Shown here one piece after another: positions 8,203-16,821 of a DNA stretch of 64,000 bases (positions are counted from its first letter, which is position 1; each line of letters opens with the position of its first letter). The notes below the pieces were generated by a model. The model saw nothing but the letters and a program-made list of their open reading frames with translations. It was not told the DNA's origin and made no database searches. A program made the translations under genes and the position numbers. This stretch comes from a virus. Location: positions 1 through 64,000 of IMG/VR virus record IMGVR_UViG_3300045988_179268; one strand, 5' to 3'.

Positions 8203-9279
8203 ATGCCATCCACCACATGCACCGAGTGTGGCGGGGATTTGTCTTCTCTGATTATTGACCCTGATTGCGAGACTTGCTACAAGCGCCACCGTAGGATGTA
8301 TCGCCGTGGGCTAGTTAGCGATTATCCGGCAACTACAGCTTACCGTGATGCATTAGGGTCTAACTGCCCTTGCGGGACTGGTCACCTTGACCTGAATATG
8401 GGATGTAAAGCGTGCCAGTATCGTCACTACTGGTGGTATCTTCAAGGGTACGATTTTTCTTTATGGGTAGCTTACAGGGAGCAACGAACTGAGTATGCCT
8501 GTATGGAATGCCCCACTATCAATGAATCTGTCCCAACTCCCGGATGTTTAGGGTGCTATGAACGCATGGTCAATACTGGTATGTATAAAGTATGCCGTGC
8601 ATCAATGAAGGATATGCTTAACTATGCTGGCGGGCGTGGCGCAACTGTGGATGTTTGTAACGTCTGTTGTGCCCCCGCAACATTGTTCACCCCCGGTTGC
8701 GTTGCATGTGTGCGGGCGCATCAGACCATTGGTGAAGGCGGCAGGACACACACCCCTAAAATGATGTACATCATGAATTTACGTATCCGTTCTTTGGGCA
8801 TTGAAGTATTTCTGACCGACAAGCTTGCACCGCTTGAAGTCGAAGCTCACCCTTATAAGCCCCCACGTAGGGCTGACTCTTCGTGTGGCGAATGCGGCGG
8901 CAACGTTACACACTTCACCAAAGGGTGCGCCGCCTGCGAAGCTTATCACAGTAAGCGGTGGCGCGCAGGGAAACCTACTGCATATGCTGAGTACCTTACG
9001 TACAAAAACCTTGTCGAATCTGTTCATACTACGTGTGGTGGCGTTACAGATGATGGTCGAACTTGTCCAGCGCCGCTACATCTTTATATGCCGCATTGCA
9101 AAGAATGTAAAGCTCGGTGGAAACTATTGGCTAACGCCCCCAAAAAGACACTTCGTGAGAGAGGTGTGCCTGAATATCCAACCCCGGAACATGCAGTAAT
9201 TTTTTCGTTGCAATATAGGAACGCGGTAGAGTCGAAGGCTTGGTCGAAGATTCAGAATTTCCCCTCTACAGCGCGATAG
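8203..9279 (+). CDS. cysteine-rich protein with six tandem CxxC...CxxC zinc-ribbon-like repeats
   Basis: 358 aa with SD AAAGGAG. Repeats include CTECGG..DCETCYKRH, CPCGTG..GCKACQYRH, CMECPT..GCLGCYERM, CNVCCA..GCVACVRAH, CGECGG..GCAACEAYH and CGG..CPAP..HCKECKARW. Confidence 0.65.
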   Translation: MPSTTCTECGGDLSSLIIDPDCETCYKRHRRMYRRGLVSDYPATTAYRDALGSNCPCGTGHLDLNMGCKACQYRHYWWYLQGYDFSLWVAYREQRTEYACMECPTINESVPTPGCLGCYERMVNTGMYKVCRASMKDMLNYAGGRGATVDVCNVCCAPATLFTPGCVACVRAHQTIGEGGRTHTPKMMYIMNLRIRSLGIEVFLTDKLAPLEVEAHPYKPPRRADSSCGECGGNVTHFTKGCAACEAYHSKRWRAGKPTAYAEYLTYKNLVESVHTTCGGVTDDGRTCPAPLHLYMPHCKECKARWKLLANAPKKTLRERGVPEYPTPEHAVIFSLQYRNAVESKAWSKIQNFPSTAR

Positions 9280-9384
9280 GCGACTAGCAGTGCAGATAAC
9301 TGTCAGAGAAGTGCGTGAGAGTGCAAGTGAGGTATTGGGCGATGTATACGCTATTCTTCGTCATTTAACAAATTTTAAACTATA

Positions 9385-9434
9385 GATAAAGCTCACCCCT
9401 AACCACTAGATGATGGTTAGGGGTGAGCTTTATC
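9385..9434. terminator. bidirectional stem-loop terminator
   Basis: Perfect 21-bp stem gataaagctcacccctaacca / tggttaggggtgagctttatc between convergent genes. Confidence 0.7.
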
Positions 9435-9447
9435 TTCATAAGGGGCA

Positions 9448-10062
9448 CTAGGCGTTATTCAGCACACGCTCACGTTCCTCCTGATTGAAGTAAGGCTTGT
9501 ACGTGGGCTGGCTAGAGGTCAGCATTGCGTATGCGTATTCCTCCAGCTTGCGGCAACGCTCCTTTTCTTTGCGGGCGTTCTTGGCGCGCTTTGCCATGCT
9601 AATCGGGTCGTATGACTCTCGGTTAGCCATATCTTCCCTACGGCGTTCAGCGGCGCGCATAGCTGACGCTGATGCACTCATTGCCGCATAGGGCGATGGG
9701 CGGTAGCTTCGGATGTATGCCGCCCACGGGTTGTACTCGGCGGGCTTACCGGCAACACGAATCTGCTTGGGGAAGATGATGTTGCCGATAGCGATAATGT
9801 CGAACAGGAAGTCTGCGTTATTAGCCCATTCCTGCGCCGGGATAAACTTAATGTCACTATCCTCAGAAATGGACATCTTATCCTTCTTTCGGACATCAGT
9901 GTCAATAATGATGAAGATGTCTTCATCGCTTGCGGGGGTTGCCAGACCAGTTGCCTGTGAGCCGTAGTAGCCGTAGGCGATGATAGAGAGGGGGTTGATA
10001 CCGCGCTGGGTGGTTTCTTCAACAATATTTTCCCAGGCGGGTGACTTCTGATTGCCTACCAT
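9448..10062 (-). CDS. Pol-beta-superfamily nucleotidyltransferase-like protein
   Basis: YGSQATGLATPASDEDIFIIID matches the G[SG]-x(9-12)-[DE]x[DE] NTase signature. ATG 10062 has SD AAGGAG. The alternative ATG at 10107 sits at the predicted TSS, so it could be a leaderless start. Confidence 0.55.
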   Translation of the reverse strand: MVGNQKSPAWENIVEETTQRGINPLSIIAYGYYGSQATGLATPASDEDIFIIIDTDVRKKDKMSISEDSDIKFIPAQEWANNADFLFDIIAIGNIIFPKQIRVAGKPAEYNPWAAYIRSYRPSPYAAMSASASAMRAAERRREDMANRESYDPISMAKRAKNARKEKERCRKLEEYAYAMLTSSQPTYKPYFNQEERERVLNNA

Positions 10063-10112
10063 TTTTAATCTCCTTTGGGGTTGCTGGGCTACATGTCTTC
10101 CTTTCACTACTT

Positions 10113-10121
10113 AGTGTATCA
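10113..10121 (-). promoter_or_regulatory. extended -10 promoter (minus strand)
   Basis: The reverse complement reads TGaTACACT. The same ATGTGATACACTA string occurs at 13770-13781 on the + strand. Confidence 0.5.
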
Positions 10122-10186
10122 CATACTTAGCCGCTATACAAATGTATAACTATCCACAATGTATGTACATGTATGTGCTAGAAATA

Positions 10187-10195
10187 TGCTATACT
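10187..10195 (+). promoter_or_regulatory. extended -10 promoter
   Basis: TGcTATACT in the AT-rich divergent region, about 145 nt upstream of the ATG at 10342. Confidence 0.45.
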
Positions 10196-10341
10196 TATTT
10201 TGTAGTGATACACGCAACAGGTTAAAGCTCTAGTCAAGACTTTAAGATTGTTTCAAGTAGTACTTAAGGTAAGCTGATTCAAGATTAAAGTTATGCATTA
10301 GAGTTAATAAACCCCTATTAATCAGTATTGGAATATCATAT

Positions 10342-13300
10342 ATGAAGAATAAAAAGTTCTTTGCAATGGCATTGGCAACAGCCTCCCTCATGCCTTCCAC
10401 TTTTGCCTCTGCCGCAACCGTAGGCTCAAACCCGTGGGATAGCCATCATGGCGAAACCGCACCCACCAAGACCGTTAGCACCAGTAACGGTAAGCCGTGC
10501 CTCGTCACCGGGTACCGACTCGTGCCCCTGGATGAAAACGGCAACACTGTAAACGGTTTCTGTTTCAACAATGCTGACCCCACCCACGAAGTACTAGCAC
10601 CCTACGCCCCCGTAGACACCAATAAGACCACTGAACACCTCCATAAGGTTGAGGATACTGGCATGTGGGGCTCCGGTCAGCAGGTAGCACGCGATACCTT
10701 TGCCTACCAGAAGCTACCCGATAATACGCCCGTGCTGGATAATAGCCAGAACATCAATTCCCAGCACCTCGTGTACTCACGCACTATCAATAAGTGGCTG
10801 ACCGCTGAGAATGTGAACCGGGGCGGTGCTGGTCAGGAACTTATTCCCACCCTCACTGTCGATTCCTCTAACCCTAACCAGGAATATGTAGAGGTCGTAT
10901 CGCGTGATAACCGCGCCCTCACCAATGAAGCGACCCGCCGCCTCACTATGGGTTCTCGCCCTATGTCCCTGTGGTACCTAAAGCATCCGAATCCTTCCGG
11001 CGACAAGTCCTTGGCGACTTATGACGTGGCTACTGGTCTGTGGACTTCCATGTTCCACGTCATGCAGGATGCACCCGCACAGACCTACAGCACTACGGCG
11101 ACTATCAAGATGTCCGAAGACGGCACCGTCCCAAATGTTGAGAAGTGGATGGGCGCTAAGGACGAGTCCGCCCGCAAGAAGGTGAACTACGACACCGCGT
11201 ACTTCACTAACGCGCCCGTAGAAGGCAAGGCGCAGACAGTGGATGCACAGAGCGCTCAGCTACAGGCTGTACCTAGCACAAACACTACCGCTAAGGACGG
11301 TCTAACCCCGGTCTACACCCCGAACAACCACGTGTCCCCCTATTCTGCTGGCGATACTATCACGGTGCAAGCATATTCTCGTGACCTCAAGTTTGACCGT
11401 GATATGCGCTATCCTATCGGGCGCGGTCAGACTTTCCGCCTCGTGAATCCTGTTGAAGGTGTTTCCATTGACGCGCACACTGGCGCTATCACCGCTACTC
11501 GTGCGGCTGTAGAGAAGGCGGGTGGCACTCTGAATGTTCAGATTGAAGCAGACTGGACACCCGTCATTAAGTACTCTTCGGGTGGCTACATTCCCGCTAA
11601 GCCCAACTTTGGCGGCATGGGTGAAAACAACTACTGGCTGAACCTTATTTCTGGCACTTCATCTGTTGTGGGTATGGCTAATGAGAATACCCAGATTGGC
11701 ATTGATGAGCTTCGTAGCGGCAAGATTAACCATGCCCTGTCGGTGACTTTCCCGAACTACCAGCGCGGCGCGTCTTTCCCAGCGAAAATGGCAGACGGCA
11801 ATATCGACACCACCAAGTACCCGGAAGCTCCGCACGCCGGTCAGCGTTGGCGTTTGCCTAAGAACTTTGACACCGATGGCTACTTGCGCTCCATTGACAA
11901 GACCGACGACGCTATTCTGCGTATGCAGATTGAAGCCGCTAAGGAATACGGCGGCATCGTCACAGACCGCAACCTCGCAACGATTGCTTTCAACTTCGAG
12001 TCGGGCTGGTCTTACGCGCCTGCCGCACGTGAAGGCAAGAATATCTATACCGATGAGACTGTCGAAAATGGCTGGTTGAAGAAAATGTTCGACAAGCACA
12101 CCGGCGGCAACGCCGCGTTCCCGTGGCAGGCTGTCCAGTGGATGCCTGTGAACTACGCCGAGCTTCCTGCTGGCTCTCAGGGCAAGCAAAACACGCTTGT
12201 GAACTACGCGGCTGACGCTATTCCTGGCGATTTGTCTGTCCAAACATATTTGCCTGACCGTGTACATGAGAACGGCTACGTGGGTCACACCACCCATACT
12301 GGTCGTGACGTGCGCACCTACACCGTGACCAACGCGTTCTGGGTGCAGAACTTGCTGGCTGATTTCATGGAGACACCGGGCTTCTCAAACACGACCCAGA
12401 GCGATAACGGTGTAGTACAGTTTGAGGAGCTGGGTATCACGATTACCCCGACCCGTGAAGGCGTGTCTACCCCTCTGCACCTGGTGACTGAGAATCTACG
12501 CAAGTCCAAGGATTACCTCGCTTACGAAAAGTTGGAGGATAAGTCTCAGTGGACGGGTGTAACCGTACCTGAGCTTGACCACACCAAGTCCGTTATCCGC
12601 CAGGCTGGGCAGGAAGACGTGCCTGTCCTTAACGCGAAGACTAAAAAGTGGTATTTCCAGGATAAAGACCCGAGCTTCAAGTCTCGCGCTATCCCATACA
12701 CCGTCGGTGGCGTTCAGGAAGCTAACCCTCTAGCGGCTTCTGATTACCCGCGCCTCAAGACTGGCACCACCCAGATTGTGGACGTACTGGCTAATGATTC
12801 TACCAATTTTGGTAATAACAACGGCATGACCCTCACAGGTGTTAAGCTGTACAACGCCAACGGTGAAGAGGTCACCCAGTACGATAACGGCATGGCAACC
12901 TACCGTGTTGTGGACGTGCCTGGAAAGAATCGCCAGGGTATCGAGATTACCACCAAGACTAAGGAGGGTTTCGCGCCAACCTTATCCTACTCGGCTGTAC
13001 GCTCGGACGGCACCGTATCTGCTAAGGGCGCTGTTACCTTGCTGATTGGTTCTACTACCGGCAAGGCGATGGCTCTAGCGAATACCTCTAGCGAGAAGGG
13101 CGAATCTGCTACCCAGCCCGCAAACCCCGACCAGGTGGTTACTGAGAAGGGCGAGCCTGAAGTTGCCGAGAATCCCGAGTTTACGGGTGGCGCTAATGGT
13201 GAGCCTGCTGTTAATGAGGTTCCTGAGTATCAGGGCGGCGCTAACGCGGTAGAGGCTGACTCTAATACGAAGGGCGACTTTACCGGCGGCGTGAATGGTG

Positions 13301-13674
13301 TTGAGCCCGCTGTTCGTGAGAATGACCCTGAATATAAGGGTGGCGCTAATGGTGAGCCTGCGACTGCTGAACCGAAGGGTGAAGCTACCGTACCGGCACC
13401 GTCTGTTGCACCTACTGACACTAATGTTGGTGTGGGTGGTACTTCTAATGATTCTACCCCCGTGGCACCTGCTACGGTACCTACTGAGCCGGGTAAGCCT
13501 GAACAGCCTGAATCTGCCAAGCCGGAAGAGCCGGGTAAGCTAGTAGAGGTTAAGACTGGTCACGGGCATTCTTCTCAGGCAGGTATTTTAGGTGTCTTTG
13601 GAGCAGTGTTTGCGGCGCTAGTTGCTGGAGTGGTTTCTATGCGACCTAAGACAGAGGTTCGTGACCACGAGTAG
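10342..13674 (+). CDS. large secreted surface protein with C-terminal EVKTG sorting signal
   Basis: Signal peptide MKNKKFFAMALATASLMPSTFASA. Central conserved-looking block: INHALSVTFP..PAKMADG..GQRWRLP..YGGIVTD. C-terminus is EVKTG (13546-13560), then a hydrophobic helix and a basic tail. Confidence 0.8.
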   Translation: MKNKKFFAMALATASLMPSTFASAATVGSNPWDSHHGETAPTKTVSTSNGKPCLVTGYRLVPLDENGNTVNGFCFNNADPTHEVLAPYAPVDTNKTTEHLHKVEDTGMWGSGQQVARDTFAYQKLPDNTPVLDNSQNINSQHLVYSRTINKWLTAENVNRGGAGQELIPTLTVDSSNPNQEYVEVVSRDNRALTNEATRRLTMGSRPMSLWYLKHPNPSGDKSLATYDVATGLWTSMFHVMQDAPAQTYSTTATIKMSEDGTVPNVEKWMGAKDESARKKVNYDTAYFTNAPVEGKAQTVDAQSAQLQAVPSTNTTAKDGLTPVYTPNNHVSPYSAGDTITVQAYSRDLKFDRDMRYPIGRGQTFRLVNPVEGVSIDAHTGAITATRAAVEKAGGTLNVQIEADWTPVIKYSSGGYIPAKPNFGGMGENNYWLNLISGTSSVVGMANENTQIGIDELRSGKINHALSVTFPNYQRGASFPAKMADGNIDTTKYPEAPHAGQRWRLPKNFDTDGYLRSIDKTDDAILRMQIEAAKEYGGIVTDRNLATIAFNFESGWSYAPAAREGKNIYTDETVENGWLKKMFDKHTGGNAAFPWQAVQWMPVNYAELPAGSQGKQNTLVNYAADAIPGDLSVQTYLPDRVHENGYVGHTTHTGRDVRTYTVTNAFWVQNLLADFMETPGFSNTTQSDNGVVQFEELGITITPTREGVSTPLHLVTENLRKSKDYLAYEKLEDKSQWTGVTVPELDHTKSVIRQAGQEDVPVLNAKTKKWYFQDKDPSFKSRAIPYTVGGVQEANPLAASDYPRLKTGTTQIVDVLANDSTNFGNNNGMTLTGVKLYNANGEEVTQYDNGMATYRVVDVPGKNRQGIEITTKTKEGFAPTLSYSAVRSDGTVSAKGAVTLLIGSTTGKAMALANTSSEKGESATQPANPDQVVTEKGEPEVAENPEFTGGANGEPAVNEVPEYQGGANAVEADSNTKGDFTGGVNGVEPAVRENDPEYKGGANGEPATAEPKGEATVPAPSVAPTDTNVGVGGTSNDSTPVAPATVPTEPGKPEQPESAKPEEPGKLVEVKTGHGHSSQAGILGVFGAVFAALVAGVVSMRPKTEVRDHE
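13171..13365 (+). repeat. tandem peptide repeats PE[FY]xGG[AV]NG (four copies)
   Basis: NPEFTGGANGEPA / VPEYQGGANAVEA / GDFTGGVNGVEPA / DPEYKGGANGEPA near the C-terminus of the 10342 protein. Coordinates are approximate. Confidence 0.7.
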
Positions 13675-13707
13675 AGAATGAGTGTGCGCATTCTTTCTTT
13701 AGGGTGT

Positions 13708-13763
13708 TAATATTGTAAAGCACGCCGCCTTTCCTTATGAGGGTGGCGTGCTTTACAATATTA
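13708..13763 (+). terminator. stem-loop terminator
   Basis: 22-bp stem taatattgtaaagcacgccgcc / ggtggcgtgctttacaatatta with one G-U pair. Confidence 0.7.
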
Positions 13764-13771
13764 GAAATATG

Positions 13772-13780
13772 TGATACACT
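13772..13780 (+). promoter_or_regulatory. extended -10 promoter
   Basis: TGaTACACT directly after the terminator. The leader contains TTTTATTCACT. Confidence 0.5.
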
Positions 13781-13830
13781 ACGTATCGTTCAGTTTTATT
13801 CACTAATTCTTAATTAAAGGAGCATTAACC

Positions 13831-14028
13831 TTGAAAACTGTCCGCGATATTTATTACTCACTGCGTGCGCGGGTGGCGCGTGCTGACCGCAACGCCGCTT
13901 TTACCGCCAGTCGCCCTGACCCTGTGCGCGCCCTTGCTCGTAACTCTGTTTGGTCTTCTCAGCGAAGGGTCCCAATCAGAGTAGACGCGACAGGCAACCT
14001 GCCCTGGGCAGACTATCCCACTCGGTAA
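13831..14028 (+). CDS. small basic hypothetical protein
   Basis: 65-aa ORF with TTG start 8 nt after SD AAAGGAG. Arg-rich. Confidence 0.4.
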   Translation: MKTVRDIYYSLRARVARADRNAAFTASRPDPVRALARNSVWSSQRRVPIRVDATGNLPWADYPTR

Positions 14029-14072
14029 GCCTTTTTCATTTTTAACACCAATTACAGTAAGGACACACTATC

Positions 14073-14216
14073 TTGAATATTGTAACGAATACTACCCATA
14101 ACTCCGATTCTAACTACGGCATTAATTTCATGAGGGGCGCGCTGATTGCTCTACCTATTTCTGCCGCGTTCTGGGGCGCACTTGCTCTCGTCCTTCATGC
14201 AGTTGGAATTGTTTAA
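14073..14216 (+). CDS. possible small membrane protein (47 aa, below the ORF-track cutoff)
   Basis: TTG start after AAGGA. Translation LNIVTNTTHNSDSNYGINFMRGALIALPISAAFWGALALVLHAVGIV contains one transmembrane helix. Confidence 0.3.
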   Translation: MNIVTNTTHNSDSNYGINFMRGALIALPISAAFWGALALVLHAVGIV

Positions 14217-14250
14217 CCTTTACCTATAGAGAATTGCAATACACACAATA

Positions 14251-14850
14251 ATGTACGTTACAGCATACGAAAGTATTCAGCCTATTTTTTGGCTTATCCC
14301 CCTCAGTATTCTAGGGGTATTACTACTACTGTTTATCTTCATTGAACTTATCTTCATCTCTCTGCCTGGCAAGGATGCCGACGGTAACAGGGCTAGTGTT
14401 ACGCTTAAGGAACTGATGGTACGCACGCAGGAGAAGTCTCTTGCCACATTCGGAACCTTAGCCGTTATTGTCCTGTCCGCTGTTGGGTGGATTTGGTGGA
14501 GCGACTATAACGACAGGTCAGTAGAGCTTTCCTCTAGCATCACGGAGCACACTACGGTATCGGAAGACCAGTTGCGTCAGTGGCGTGGGGATGAGATTGG
14601 GATGAATCTTGTATATTCCCATACCACTAAAGAGGGGACACCTGTCTTTAAAGATTTCGGTAATCCTGCTAAGCATGTTTATCGTCAGTGCCCGTTAATT
14701 TTGACGGACGAACAGAAGGGTGAGCCTTCCATTTGGGGCTCACGAGAAGTCAAAGTCAAAATTACGCCTCGATGCACAAACGTTACAACTGACGGAGAGA
14801 ATGTGCCTATCACTACACCAAAACCAGCCCCTTCTACTAGCCGCAAGTGA
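14251..14850 (+). CDS. membrane-anchored hypothetical protein
   Basis: 199 aa with two N-terminal hydrophobic helices followed by a soluble domain. No motif recognised. Confidence 0.5.
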   Translation: MYVTAYESIQPIFWLIPLSILGVLLLLFIFIELIFISLPGKDADGNRASVTLKELMVRTQEKSLATFGTLAVIVLSAVGWIWWSDYNDRSVELSSSITEHTTVSEDQLRQWRGDEIGMNLVYSHTTKEGTPVFKDFGNPAKHVYRQCPLILTDEQKGEPSIWGSREVKVKITPRCTNVTTDGENVPITTPKPAPSTSRK

Positions 14851-14908
14851 CCTTGCTATATTGTGTATGTGAACTTAAGCCTTTTTAGGTTGCTCTCCTC
14901 ATAGTGGA

Positions 14909-14967
14909 GCCGCCCAGCTATGCTTCTACCTCATGTTGAGGTGGTTTAGTGGTACTGGGCGGCTTTT
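14909..14967 (+). terminator. intrinsic terminator
   Basis: gccgcccag / ctgggcggc stem enclosing an inner hairpin, followed by TTTT. Confidence 0.55.
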
Positions 14968-15033
14968 AACGCACATAAAAGGGGAAGATATTTAAAATTC
15001 AAGAAGACGTTAAATTGAAAACAGGATTAAAAT

Positions 15034-16548
15034 ATGCAATGCTACCACATCTCACCTAATGGGCGTTCCAACTCGTGTAAGGGGAGGGACGTTTGCGCGT
15101 ACAGGCACCTTAATGACGGTAATGGTGTCCCTCATTATGATACTAGGGCTGAGGCTGATGAGGCGGCTGAGAGAATTTCTGCCGAAGCTGTCCTTAAGGG
15201 TAAGGTTCCAGCTGAACGTTCAACTTTAACTAAGGAGCAGGTGTCCCTCATTCCAGAGCATGATGCCGCCGCGTATGCCGCTGATAGTCATGCCCGCATT
15301 GATTACGCTGTTATGAAGAATGAGCCTGTTGATAAGCTGTATGCGGATGATACTGCCACCTCTGTATCGGAGCCCACTTATGTTTCAACAACGCCTTTAG
15401 AGTTGTGGGAAAATGTAGAAACCACAACTATTATGGGTATTGCTAAAGTTGGTCAGGCGGGGTTAGGTTCATCTTCTTCTGCGAATGTGGAGAGGGCAAA
15501 AAGTATATTTGATGCGCATAAGCGTGATAAGACAAATAGTCAGACGACGGCGGCAGTTGTTGCCGCTGACAAGAAGTACCCTTCGTATGAGCAGTTAGCA
15601 AAGCATAAATCTCAATATCTTAAACGCATTAAGGGTATTGGTGAGGAGCGGTATATTGGTTATGCAAACACCGCATATAGTCATTATATTTACAACCATA
15701 ACAAGGCTTTAGCACGGCAAACTGGCGTACTTCTAGAGCGACTTATGACAGCTTCCCACTTACCGGAATCATTGCGGTCGTCATATGCTCTTGATGAGGA
15801 TACGCAGGTCGCTATTCGTCAGGCTGTAGCATCTGCTTTGCAGAACCACCCTGAATATCAGGTTTGGCTTCAATCCAACGAGACAGATGTTGATGAGGAT
15901 GGGGTGGCTTACCCGCGTACTGCGCAACAGATGCGTGAGCTATTGGATGCGTGTTCATCGAAGCCGACAGAGTTTGGGTATCTTATTATCAACCCGAACC
16001 TTAATAACGTTGGAACGTCCACGCCTGAGCTTGAGGAACTTCTTATTGTTGCTGAGACTTTCCCTCCTGAAAGAACGCCTCGGCAGATGGTTATTGCGCA
16101 AGCACCAGCCCGCAATGAGGAATTGAAAGAGGACATTAAGGCACTAGAGTGGAATGACATTATTTCCCATAGTTACATGAGCATGGCGGAGCAGGAGCGT
16201 CGCCGTAAATTTACGTCTTCCAGTTACGCCCATTACCATAATGAGATGTTCCGTGATTTGGGGGAGCGTGAAGCTCTTCGCAATATTGCGCCTGGCGACA
16301 TTGTTTGCCGCCCTAACCACAGCACGGGTGGTCAGCAGTATGCTGTGGTGCTAGAGACAACTGAGGACGGAGTTCTCTACCAGACCGTCGCATCGTATAA
16401 CTCTGACAACTCGCCGGTTTTGTCTAACGCAGATAGGGCACTTGGTTTGTATCGTGCTGGCGCTAGTAAAACAGAAACCCCTATAGGGTTTACCGCATAT
16501 CCTGATACTATCGCTGTTGAAGATTACGAGGGATGGGTTGCATGGTAG
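15034..16548 (+). CDS. hypothetical protein with N-terminal Cys/His module
   Basis: 504 aa. The N-terminus MQCYHISPNGRSNSCKGRDVCAYRH..PHYDTRAEADEAAE is shared with the ORF at 21189. Confidence 0.6.
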   Translation: MQCYHISPNGRSNSCKGRDVCAYRHLNDGNGVPHYDTRAEADEAAERISAEAVLKGKVPAERSTLTKEQVSLIPEHDAAAYAADSHARIDYAVMKNEPVDKLYADDTATSVSEPTYVSTTPLELWENVETTTIMGIAKVGQAGLGSSSSANVERAKSIFDAHKRDKTNSQTTAAVVAADKKYPSYEQLAKHKSQYLKRIKGIGEERYIGYANTAYSHYIYNHNKALARQTGVLLERLMTASHLPESLRSSYALDEDTQVAIRQAVASALQNHPEYQVWLQSNETDVDEDGVAYPRTAQQMRELLDACSSKPTEFGYLIINPNLNNVGTSTPELEELLIVAETFPPERTPRQMVIAQAPARNEELKEDIKALEWNDIISHSYMSMAEQERRRKFTSSSYAHYHNEMFRDLGEREALRNIAPGDIVCRPNHSTGGQQYAVVLETTEDGVLYQTVASYNSDNSPVLSNADRALGLYRAGASKTETPIGFTAYPDTIAVEDYEGWVAW

Positions 16549-16572
16549 CGTCGCTTAGCTACTGGGCGGAAT

Positions 16573-16619
16573 AAAAATGTGGTTACTTGACTTATTTTTT
16601 GCCAAGTAACCACATTTTT
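16573..16619 (+). terminator. stem-loop terminator
   Basis: Perfect 17-bp stem aaaaatgtggttacttg / caagtaaccacattttt. Confidence 0.65.
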
Positions 16620-16821
16620 ATGCACAAAAACCCCTCCATAATGCCGCAAGTAATGTCACCTTTAAATAGTTATGCATCGCACTTCTTTGCTATGTTATTC
16701 GAGTATGCCTGCATTGGCATGGTTCAACTACTCTGCTTTGAACCAATAGACCTTGATAATTACGGTTGTACGTTCAAAGAGCTATGCGACCCGAGAAACA
16801 TATTTGAAGGAAACACGACTT

